NCBI RefSeq assembly: GCF_001194135.2 | Contig: NC_068991.1 | Location: 41,024,334-41,088,333, forward strand | Length of the DNA: 64,000 bases | Origin: Octopus bimaculoides | Taxonomy: Eukaryota | Direction: 5' to 3' | In this document: positions 24,755-35,002 of the stretch, one piece after another | How the letters are laid out: each line of letters opens with the position of its first letter | How positions within the stretch are numbered: position 1 is the stretch's first letter | Position numbers and translations under genes: made by a program | Notes under the pieces: model-generated | The model's database searches: none | Told to the model about the DNA's origin: nothing | Seen by the model: only the letters and a program-made list of their open reading frames with translations

Positions 24755-26240
24755 ATTATCATCATCATTTTGCATCTTCTTTCCATGTTGGCATGGGTTG
24801 GATGGATTATCATGTCTGAGTCATTTCTTATTGGGTAATACTGCTCAACAAACATATCATCCAGCTTTGTTTCTACAACCAGATGTCCTTCCTAATGCCA
24901 ATTAATTTATAGTTTTTGTCTTCTGCAGATGCTCATTTTCTTATGTAGCATCATCTTCCATACATACCCTATGTCTACATCACCACAGCCTCCTTTCTTG
25001 CATAAAACAGCTGATTTTTCTTATATACAGTTTTTCTCTTACCTCGCTCATACCCTTGCGTTAATACACACTAATATTACATATCCATTAAAACATACTG
25101 GTATCATTTCTTTCTAGTCTTTACAAGTCTTATGCATTTAAAGGCTCCATCTTGTTACTATGCAGCATCGGAGTTCTAACACAAGCATCATACAATCTGC
25201 CCTTCTTTCTGGTGGAAAAAGAACTTTGTTACTAACAGCAGAAATATCTCCCTGAACTTTTTCCAACCCATTATCCTGATCAATGTACTTTTTAAACCAA
25301 CTCTCTTGCTAATAATGCCACCTAGATAATGGAAGTTACCTTCTACTTCTAGAGAGCCAACTGGCATTCAAGAGAATCTATTTCCAGCACGCTCCTAGTA
25401 TGCATTGTTCCAAAGTATGTCACATACTAAGCATGCCTTCTCTGTTAACCTACCAACAGTTCTACTACATCTCTCATGTGTCCATAGCTTATACTGGGTA
25501 TGGCATATAGATTCCTTTTCTGCATATCAAAGCCATTTCCCTGATGATACCAAAGGTCCTGTCTTCTTTTCTCACACCTTAGTAATTTCTTAATTCCTCC
25601 ATAGATTCAACCTTAAGAATTAGATTACTAGTTTATAAGAATTTCCATGGATGACTAGCCATCAACTCCTCTGTAATGGCCTGTAAGATTGATGAAGAGA
25701 GGGGAGCTGAGGACCCTCTACCTTGACACTAAATTTATTGTTGATCTTCAGTTTACTTACTGCGCCTTTGTATGGCCTTCACAAGCCTAATTTTCTTCAT
25801 GACCACAAGATTACAGAAAATGGAACCTTGTCAAAAGCCTTCTCCAAATGCTAAGCATGGTGGCTTAATCTTGGTTAAATATTTTTCCTGTTGTTGCCTC
25901 ACTAGGAAGATTGCATTTGTGATTTCTCTTCCAGGCACAAAGCCAAACTGCTCATCTAGGTTATCTCTAACAAATCAATTGTGCTATGATTCCCTCTACG
26001 ACCTTCATATCCTAATCCAACAATTTAGTGCCTTCATAATTTTCTCTCTAAAGCATCTCATTTGCTTTGTAGCAGTTTACAGTGCTAATACTTTGTCAGT
26101 TACTGAGTATGACACCTTCTAGATTGTCCAGGTGATTATCATGTATACATTATTTACATTTGACAGATATTTGTCCTCATCTTGTTTGTTGTTAACACAA
26201 CATTTCGGCTGATATACCCTCCAGCCTTCATCAGGTGTCT
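24755..26240 (-). mobile_element. Old fragmented RTE LINE (3' tail plus RT remnants)
   Basis: CATCATCAT...CCATGTTGGCATGGGTTGGATGG tail, ACAAGCATCATACAATCTGCC block shared with 16450 and 51510, and CTTCACAAGCCTAATTTTCTTC...TCAAAAGCCTTCTCCAAAT (antisense to a DLEKAFD-like RT motif). Confidence 0.65.
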
Positions 26241-26288
26241 TGGGGAAATTTTGAACCTGTGTTCTCATTCCTAAGGCATTTTTCGATG

Positions 26289-26382
26289 TTATTATTATTA
26301 TTATTATTCAGGTCACTGCCTGGAATCGAACTCAGAATCTTTAGGTTAGTAGCCCGCACTCTTAACCACTACGCCATATGCC
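26289..26382 (-). mobile_element. Very short tRNA-derived retroposon with (AAT)n tail
   Basis: GGCATATGGCGTAGTGGTTAAGAGTGCGGGCTACTAACCTAAAGATTCTGAGTTCGATTCCAGGCAGTGACCTG-(AAT)n: A and B boxes present, acceptor stem does not pair, simple-repeat tail. Confidence 0.7.
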
Positions 26383-26682
26383 TGTCAAATGTAAATAATG
26401 TACATAATTCCTCATCTCTTAAATATAGAATTCTATTATCCTGTATGTTTCCTACCTCATCAGATATTTTGAGCACCTCAGCAACTGTCCTTAATGATCC
26501 TTCATTTTACTTAATCAATCACTCTATCTGGTGGTCTGCCGTCAATTTGAATGCTTGTCTTTTTGTAGTGTCAGCATGAGATAGTCCCTCTTTATCCTAT
26601 GCATTTTCTACATTTCAAGTATACTTCCCCCCACTGGAGCTACATAAAAATCACAAACAACTGTGATAATTGGAGACATATG

Positions 26683-26900
26683 GAAGGCAGCAAACTGACA
26701 GAAACTTTGGCATGCCGGGCGAAATGCTTAGCGGTATTTTGCCTGTGTTTAAGTTCTGAGTTCAAATTCTGCCAAGGTCGACTTTGCCTTCCATCCTTTC
26801 AGAGTCGATAAATCAAGTACCAGTTGCATACTGGGGTCCATCTATTCGACTGGCCCCCTCTCCAAAAATTACAGGCCTTGTGCCTAGAGTAGAAAAGAAT
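26683..26900 (+). mobile_element. SINE, dominant family
   Basis: GGCAGCAAACTGACAGAA...TGAGTTCAAATTCTGCCAAGGTCGACTTTGCCTTCCATCCTTTCAGAGTCGATAAATCAAGTACCAG. Confidence 0.8.
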
Positions 26901-27475
26901 TGGAGACACATGGTGCTGAAAACCTGTATAATTTCTTCCCAGTCACTCTTAACTTACCATGTTAGTTCACACAAGGCTTGTATTGTTAACACACAAGACA
27001 AAGAAAATCACAAGAGGTCCTTGTTAGAGACAACTATAAAAATATGGAATCAGCTTTTCTGGCACTGTTGTTTTGCTGAATACAATATTACTATTTTATT
27101 ACTGTGTCCAACTCTTCTAATATGACAACAGATGTTATGATTTTCCTTCTATTAACAAGTGCTGTACAAGAAAATGCAAGCTACTAACAAGATTAGACTG
27201 TAAAATGATTTTATTTAGCATCTAGTTAATGATAGTTCTTTAGAAAAGTAAACAATTCACTTCTCATTTCTTGCCAAGAATCTAATGGCTCTTACTGCAA
27301 CTAATTTTCTCATTGCCAATATTAACCACTATGACAAATATTAATAGAATTAACCCACCATTATTGCTTATGGTCTCAATCAACATTAGCACAGATGGAG
27401 ATACTAAATATTATCAGTAGGTTTTTAACATTTAAGTACAGCACTGGTGTTTACCAACCAATGTAATTGCTAGTA

Positions 27476-28630
27476 TCAGGTTGAGTAAAAAGTAAGCAAC
27501 GTTTTGAACCATGAAGAATTTGTACCAGATTTTTTAATTTTATTTTAACATTTTTTTGCAATTGTATGATAATACAGACATAGACTTGCACAAATGCATC
27601 AGTAAATTAACATTGAATTTTTTTCACCATTGTTACAATCATCTGTTTTTTGGAGATTGGTAACATTTTGGTGATCTGTAGGTGAGTTTGATTTATTATT
27701 GCCTATTGCAAGATTTATTGTTGTTTCCTGTTGGAAAGTTTGCTTAGCGGCTTGTAATATTGTTTTTTTGTTACCCTCCCCCATGGGGGAAGGATTTGTA
27801 TAAACTGTTAATTGTGTTACCTCATTGTAGAGGATCATTTACCTTGTGATAGAGGATAATTTTGTGTACCATTATGGCATCAACTGCTGAAGCAGTTATC
27901 ATGAATTTCGCCAGAAAACTACCTGCAACCATTTGCATGTGACTGGAAAATCAAAAATCTTGATAAATGGGTACCACATGATTTGAATGAAAATCAAAAT
28001 GCACAGATTTGAAATTTGCTCATTGCTTCTCCATAAGCAGACCAAGCCATTTCTCAACTGTATTGTAACTTGCTATGAAAAGTGGATTCTGTACAATAGT
28101 AGTAGTTGGACCAAAATGAAGCACCAAAGACCTTCCCTAAACCCAAGCTCTTCAAAAAGACTATGGTGACTGTTTGGTGATGCACTGGACTCATCCACTA
28201 TAACTACTTAAAACCTGGAAAAAACCATTACTACAGAATATTGCCATGAAATTGCCAAAATGAACAAAAAACTGCCACTCCTCCATCCCAGACTGGTCAA
28301 CAGAAGATGGCCAGTGTTCATGACAATGCTTGACCACACATCTCACTAATGATGCTCCAGAAGTTGGGGGAACTTGGCTACAAAGTTCTTCCCCACCCAG
28401 CTTATTCCCCAGACCTTTCTCCTACCAACTACTACTTTTTCAAGCACCTTGATGGTTTACTATGGATGGAGTTCAAAAATCAAACCGATGCTGAGAGTGC
28501 ATTCAGATTTTTATGTTACCAGAATAAACAAACTTCACTCCTTGGCAAAAATGTGTTGATTTCTGCATTGTCGAAATATATTGTGATGAATTTCATGTTT
28601 CAAAACATCGCTTACTTTTTACTCAGCTAA
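27476..28630 (+). mobile_element. Fossil mariner (second subfamily) with TIRs
   Basis: Left TA|TCAGGTTGAGTAAAAAGTAAGCAACGTTTTG; right end reverse complement TTAGCTGAGTAAAAAGTAAGCGATGTTTTG. Transposase motifs KWVPHDL, IVTCYEKWILYN, HDNA, LPHPAYSPDLSPTNYYFFKHLD with stops and frameshifts. Confidence 0.85.
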
Positions 28631-29405
28631 GTCTATTTATATCACACACACATACCAGACTTTAAACGTTGCCAACACACACAATGAACAATGAAAGACT
28701 TTGCAGAAAAAAATAAATTAACAATTGTTCCCTAAAATAATTTTAAATATTTCAGAGAACTGAATAACTGAAAATGTCTCTACTAGCTTATCAAGAGCTA
28801 CAAAGTAATTAGTAAAAGAAATTTTAATCTTTTCATGTAGATGGCTAACTTTAGAATTTTTCCTCAAAATTTAAGGATTACATGAACACACATTTCTATG
28901 ACACAGGAACTTACAAATTCTATTACATGATATTAATCTATTAAAGGATGAGTCTCTTCTTGGATAGATCCCAGGACAAAGTAGACAGAACCATACAAAA
29001 TTAAATATCTCCTACCTAGTGACACAATGAATATATGAGAATATGAACTCATGACTTCAAAATCTCATCCATTTGACACTTTCACAAACACAGAGTTCTG
29101 TTTATTCTCAGATTCATACTTGGGATATTCCCATGACTACAATGCTGTTTGAGATTTGTAATAGATATTTCCCCCAGATGCAATTAAAAAATGAATAATG
29201 TTTTTTTTCTGCAGATTTTAGAGGTTAATATTTAATCTTATTGCTGATGAAATCGCTAATCTGATTAAATCTAGATAATCTGATCATGATTTGCTTTAAA
29301 AAGACGATTCCGACAGAGAAATGTAAACATTTGATCAGGATTCTTTCATACAGGTCACTACACATTTGTTTCTCCTTGTTCAGTAACAACAAAAAGTTTT
29401 ACATT

Positions 29406-30032
29406 ATGTCACATTTAGAAGAGATTTCAACTGATAAAATCCAATTTTCTGACTTTGTGAAGGAGAAAATAAGAGTTTGGTTTAAAATGATGGATACTAC
29501 AAAAGATGGATTCATGGCTAAAGAAGACTTTGAACTTATAGCTAATCGTTTTGCAGTGCAGTACAATTTGGATGATGACAGAGCACAAGAAATTTATGGA
29601 TGGCTTGTCGATGGGTTTAAAAAGGTTGACAATGAACATAGTGGTGAGGTTATGCCATTGGTGACACAAATGGCTGAAGCAATTAAAAATGGTGCCAAAA
29701 TCTCTGAGGATGAGTATATTGGTGCACTAGGACAACTTATGACAGTTGATCCACTTATAGCTCGGAACAGTCTCAAATCTGCAGTAACATTATTTTTCCA
29801 AATATTTGACTTTGACAAAGATGGCTTTATAACATGTGATGAACTTGAAAAGGGATTGGCTTGTTTTGGATATGACAACAAGGAGATAATTCACAAGGTT
29901 TTTGAATGCATGGTGAAAGATTATGTGGGTAAAATGAGCCAGGATGAATATGTAAATGCATGGCTAGATTTTATATTTGGAGAAGATAAAGACAACCCAT
30001 TTGTGAAGTATTTTGCTCCACATTTGCTTTAA
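29406..30032 (+). CDS. Sarcoplasmic calcium-binding protein (SCP)-like EF-hand protein, 208 aa, intronless CDS
   Basis: Open 627-nt frame. FSDFVKEKIRVWFKMMDTTKDGFMAKEDFELIANRFA follows the annelid/molluscan SCP N-terminal pattern. EF loops DTTKDGFMAKED and DFDKDGFITCDE. Acceptor-like ttctccttgttcAG ending at 29383 suggests a 5'UTR intron, so ATG 29406 is preferred over 29286. AATAAA at 30337. Confidence 0.9.
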   Translation: MSHLEEISTDKIQFSDFVKEKIRVWFKMMDTTKDGFMAKEDFELIANRFAVQYNLDDDRAQEIYGWLVDGFKKVDNEHSGEVMPLVTQMAEAIKNGAKISEDEYIGALGQLMTVDPLIARNSLKSAVTLFFQIFDFDKDGFITCDELEKGLACFGYDNKEIIHKVFECMVKDYVGKMSQDEYVNAWLDFIFGEDKDNPFVKYFAPHLL

Positions 30033-31091
30033 AGAGATATATACAAGGAAGGAAGCTTCAGAACTGATGGAATGTGAGAATTATTTTCTTAACAGAAGAG
30101 AAAGGAAAAAAAATGTAAATCATTACATTAGATTTCATGATTGTTATTTTAATGATAGTGTTTTAATTTTAGTGTTGTATGGTGAAATATCTGTTCATTT
30201 ATTTCAGAGTAACAATTGAGTGTCCCCTCACTCTTTTGTTTTTAATGTATTTTTGTATTTGTATTTTAATCTGGTACAAACACTACTTGCTTAGAAATTC
30301 TTAATACTCATTTGTAATACATATTATTAAAATTAAAATAAACAAATGTTTAAAATGTGTTTAAAATAAAAATAATTGTATTAACTTTAAACACGCATGT
30401 TTGCCTTTTAGAGCCTTCTTTCTTACATCTATTTACACCTTGGTACATATGTATCCAGATAATTTTTTAGATCTTAAACCTTTTCTACTTTTTATTTAAT
30501 GAGCATAAAAAAATTCCCTCAAACCAACAGATTTATTCAGTTTTTAAAGATAACTTAGATGCATGTGATATTTTGTACTAAATGGTTATCATAGGCTATT
30601 TTAACTGTTAAACATAGAACTAATTTCTGGCTAAGGAAAACCATTATGTAAAATATCAGATCCTATTTAATGAAATTATAAAAATTCAAAATTTTATAAA
30701 TTTAATATTAAGAAATCTTTATATACACTATGTTGTTGAATTGCAAATTAAAAAAATATATATATATGTACAATTGACTTGTTCTTTGAGTTATTAATAT
30801 CATTTATATTCAAGATGTTCAGTTATAGATTATCCAGAATCTCAATATGTAGCAATATTGTTTATTTGCATGTACCTCACTCTTAGTTGCTAAGATTAAT
30901 AAATGGATGTGGTTGCACCTCTTACATTCAACAGAAGTTTTTAAATGTTAGCGACATCGTTGAATCCACACAAACTAAATATTTTTATATTATATATAGA
31001 AATTTTAATAAATTTTTGTTTTTGTATTTGGTTTGCAAGATTCTTGATACGAATTCATGTGCTGAAACAAATCTTCTTGTGGTGGTGGTGG

Positions 31092-31339
31092 GTCACTATG
31101 CTAAAAATAATAAACACACACACACAGTGGTTCAATATCACTTCTTTACTTTAAGTCAATTGGTTAATTATTTAACCAGCTAATTGATGTCAATGATGAG
31201 GTTGTGAATAGTAATGAAAGGACTTTGGCAAACCAACACACTGAACAAACAAATGGTAAGTTAGCTGGTTAAATAATTAACCAACTGAACAATAAAGTGA
31301 CACTGAACCAGTGCATGTGTTTATTATTGCTGGTGTGAC
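31092..31339. repeat. Inverted repeat with a perfect 24-bp core enclosing an exon-like loop
   Basis: 31160-31183 TTGGTTAATTATTTAACCAGCTAA is the exact reverse complement of 31261-31284. Imperfect pairing extends out to about 31092 and 31339. Confidence 0.9.
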
Positions 31340-33784
31340 TCTCCCAAGGTACAGCAGTTTTACATTAATGCTTAGAAAAAATGTGCTTCTAAATGGAAAG
31401 CAATCTTAGTGTGTAACCCTGGGTATATGTTTAAAAAATAAGAGATAGAAAGTTTGTTTCATAAACTGGATCATTATAAAAATATTTGGCCTGCTCATTC
31501 TTATGTTGTCAGATTAAACTTTACTTTAATCACTTAATCTCTAGGCTATATTCTACTTGTTTCAGTTTACTTATCTGTCTTATCTGGTTGTCCAACTTAA
31601 CTGATGATAGGTATTGATATTGCATATGTATCTAAAATATATACACTGCACCATGAATATAAACAGTAACAAAGTTACAGAAAATACTGTAATCATCATA
31701 TAACTATATAAAACATGTCAATATATATTCTATAAAGTTATTTACAAAGACAGAAGGTTTGCTTTACCATGCTAGCATGTGTTAGGCAAATATACTACTG
31801 AGGCATTGTTTTACAACTGGAAGTCCTTCTTGTGGATAAACCTTTGTTTTTCAAGTAAAGGATCTTTTATTCTACACTCCTTCAAAGGTGCAAAGACAGT
31901 GAACGATATTTTGACAGAGGAAATAATGTCATCACTTATTCAGTGATTTTTTGGAGAACTGCAAATGAAAACACACACACACAATGGGCTTCATACAGTT
32001 TCCATGAAACAAATTCACCAAGGTTTTGGTCTGCCAGGGATTACAGTATAAGGCAGTTATTCAAGGTGCTATGTAGTGGCACCGAAGAGGAGTGAACTTC
32101 TTAATCACACAGTCACACCTGTAAAAATAAAAAAGTTAAACTATAAATTGTTATCACATTTACTTGTGATAAAAGACAGATCAACTTGGTATAGAGGATG
32201 TGGAGGAAGTTGTCATAATGTATAAGTAGAGCCATGAAGCTCCACCAGTCCTTAGTCTGGGTGACTATGTAGGGACTGAATCAGCAGTTGGTAGGTCATC
32301 ACAGTCACAAACATCAATAGGCTTAACAGCTGCAGCAGAATTGGGACAAATTGGCCTGAAGAAATTAATTAACTTTTAGTTGTTTACCTTGCTGATGCTG
32401 CTTCTGGATAATGAGTTCCTCTAAAGCTCTGAGATGTTGATAATCTTGCTGGACATCAGTTTTTATTGACAAGTCAATATATGAAATGATTAATGACATT
32501 ATGAAGGGATTCTAGTATAATAACAAAGAGTTTGGGTTTCTTAAGCTATGGCTTGTTGTCTCCATCTTCATTGTTTCTGTTGCTATCAACAACTTCATCT
32601 GCTATTTCCTTTTGGTCTCCTGGACCACCTCTGCATCTGGCTAAAGTCAAATTCTGATGTAATCTTCTGCAACATGTCTTACTTGCCCTTTGAACTATAC
32701 AATGAAAATCCCTTGCTTCAAATTCATATTCTATCTTCACACTGTACAAAGTGTTTTTCCAAGCATTTGTATAGTGATGGTTTTGAGTGCATTCCATGAA
32801 GCTGCTAACTTGTGGTTATACTTCTTGTTGTTACTACCACTTCTTTATTCATATATGTTATCCCAAAGTGTCCTCTTCTATCCCCATGAGAGCTTCATTC
32901 AAAAATCTTCATTGGTACCTCTTGCAAGCTACAATTTCTTGATTCATGTAGCTGGATTGTCATGGTTAATATTGAGTTGAAAGAACATATACATTATTTT
33001 ACCCTCATTACTGACAAGTAGCTACCCTCCCAGTTAAACAAATGCAGTGTCCAAAATTAGTAGAATCTTCAGCACATCAGTAGAAAATTTGAGGACATCC
33101 TCCTCATATTTAAGCATCCCAGGAATTAAATGTGGGGAAAGACCAGTCATTAGAGATATACATAATGAATGAACCACAATTTCTTGGAATAATAATAACA
33201 CACAGGTAGCTGGTGCATTGTCTTTCAATGCCACACCACCACAAACTTCAAATGGTGCATAACAAATGCATTCATACAACACAACACCAAAAATCACTCC
33301 TTACATAATTTATAACTAGGTACAGAGGCTTCATTTTGATGTTTTAAGTTAGTCACTACTAAACAAATCATTTACTTTTCTATTGTACATTTGGGAAATT
33401 AGAAGCTCTTTACATTCAATTACATCTTCCTGAATTAGATTTTCATAATTAATGATTTGTTTTCATTAGACATAAGGGATAATTTAATTATGTAATGAAA
33501 TATAATAACTGTTATAATTTAATTATTCATAGGCTGATATATTTCGGAAAATAAAAATCCCTTCTTTAGATTTTGCTAGGAATTGATTGAGTCACTGCTA
33601 GAATTGGTTTTCCAATGGTTACTGATTATTATGTAATAATGTCACTCTCAGCATATTTCTTATTTAATTTATTGACATTTGACAAATGGAAATGTAAACT
33701 CAAAAACCTCAGTGGAATCTGAAACTAAATATTTTAAGGTATTTAATTCAGTATTATATCTCTTAGAACAGACAACAAATTTAA

Positions 33785-34622
33785 CCCTTTAGCATTTAAA
33801 CCTTCTATCATCATCATCATCATCATCATCATCGTTTAACGTCCGCTTTCCATGCTAGCATGGGTTGGACGATTTGACTGAGGACTGGTGAAACCGGATG
33901 GCAACACCAGGCTCCAGTCTGATTTGGCAGAGTTTCTACAGCTGGATGCCCTTCCTAACGCCAACCACTCAGAGAGTGTAGTGGGTGCTTTTACGTGTCA
34001 TCCGCACGAAAACGGCCACGCTCGAAATGGTGTCTTTTATGTGCCACCNNNNNNNNNNNNNNNNNNNNNNNNNNNNNNNNNNNNNNNNNNGGCTTGCCGG
34101 GTCTTCTCACGCACAGCACATTTCCAAAGGTCTCGGTCCGTAGTCATCGCCTCGGTGAGGCCCAATGTACGAAGGTCTTGCCTCACCACCTCAGCCCAGG
34201 TCTTCCTGGGCCTACCTCTTCCACGGGTTCCCTCAACTGTTAGGGTGTGGCACTTTTTCACGCAGCTATCCTCCTCCATTCTTACCACATGTCCATACCA
34301 GCGCAATTGTCTCTCTTGCACGCCACAACTGATGCTTCTAATGTTCAGCTTTTCTCTCAAGATACTTACACTCTGACGGGTATTCACATTGACATTACAC
34401 ATCCAACGGAGCATACTGGCTTCATTCCTTGCGAGCTTACGTATGTCCTCAGCAGTTATCTAGCCCAAATATTCCACCTGTTTTATGTTCAAACTGGCCA
34501 AATCCAGTCTCTCACACCTACTCTACAATGTCCTTCTAAAAATAAACAAACATATCATCAAAATATCAAGCATGATTAATTTAAAACAATGCAACTGGCA
34601 GAGTAATGTAAATGCTAAAGGG
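33785..34622 (-). mobile_element. TTAA MITE (12155 family) interrupted by an RTE fragment at about 33808-34455
   Basis: TTAA|CCCTTTAGCATTTAAACC, then (CAT)n RTE tail and RT C-terminus (LRWMCNVNV...LRWYGHVVRMEEDSCVKKC...RGRGRPRKTW). MITE resumes at CTAGCCCAAATATTCC and ends AATGCTAAAGGG|TCAA. Confidence 0.8.
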
Positions 34623-34770
34623 TCAAATTTCTTCACTCATTTTTTTTTTAATCAGTTGAAAAATATCTGGAAATATAAGGAAAATAAATTGAAAATTTCA
34701 GCCATAATTTTACTTCCAACATTTAATTTCCCATATAAATATTTTTTTGTTTTTTGCACTTAGTTTTGTT

Positions 34771-34776
34771 TTTATT
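34771..34776 (-). terminator. Candidate polyadenylation signal of the bHLH-HMG gene
   Basis: AATAAA on the minus strand about 80 nt after the stop codon at 34855. Confidence 0.4.
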
Positions 34777-34854
34777 AGATTTCAATTCATTTATAACTTT
34801 TAACACATTTGAGTAAGGTCAAATCATAGTGATATACAGATAACTGATCTGTGG

Positions 34855-35002
34855 TCATTCTGCATTGGTGAAGCTAATTTCTTCATCTAATTTATGTTCT
34901 TCAGTAGCTGATGATGGTATATTTTCAAATGAAACTGTTGATTCTGGTGTATTCATTAGAAGAGCATCTTGCATGTTTCGAGCATATTTTTGAGCCTTTT
35001 CT
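34855..35002 (-). CDS. MEIOSIN: MEIOSIN/BHMG1-like gene, coding exon 14 (HMG helix 3, acidic tail, stop)
   Basis: Acceptor gatgtttccAG, phase 2. (K)EKAQKYARNMQDALLMNTPESTVSFENIPSSATEEHKLDEEISFTNAE* completes the HMG box (RPYK-EKAQKY). Confidence 0.85.

Noticed and set aside
29286-29405. 40-aa N-terminal extension of the EF-hand ORF (MICFKKT...)
   Set aside because: Contains a polypyrimidine tract and AG acceptor ending at 29383, and SCP similarity starts after Met 29406. Probably intronic.
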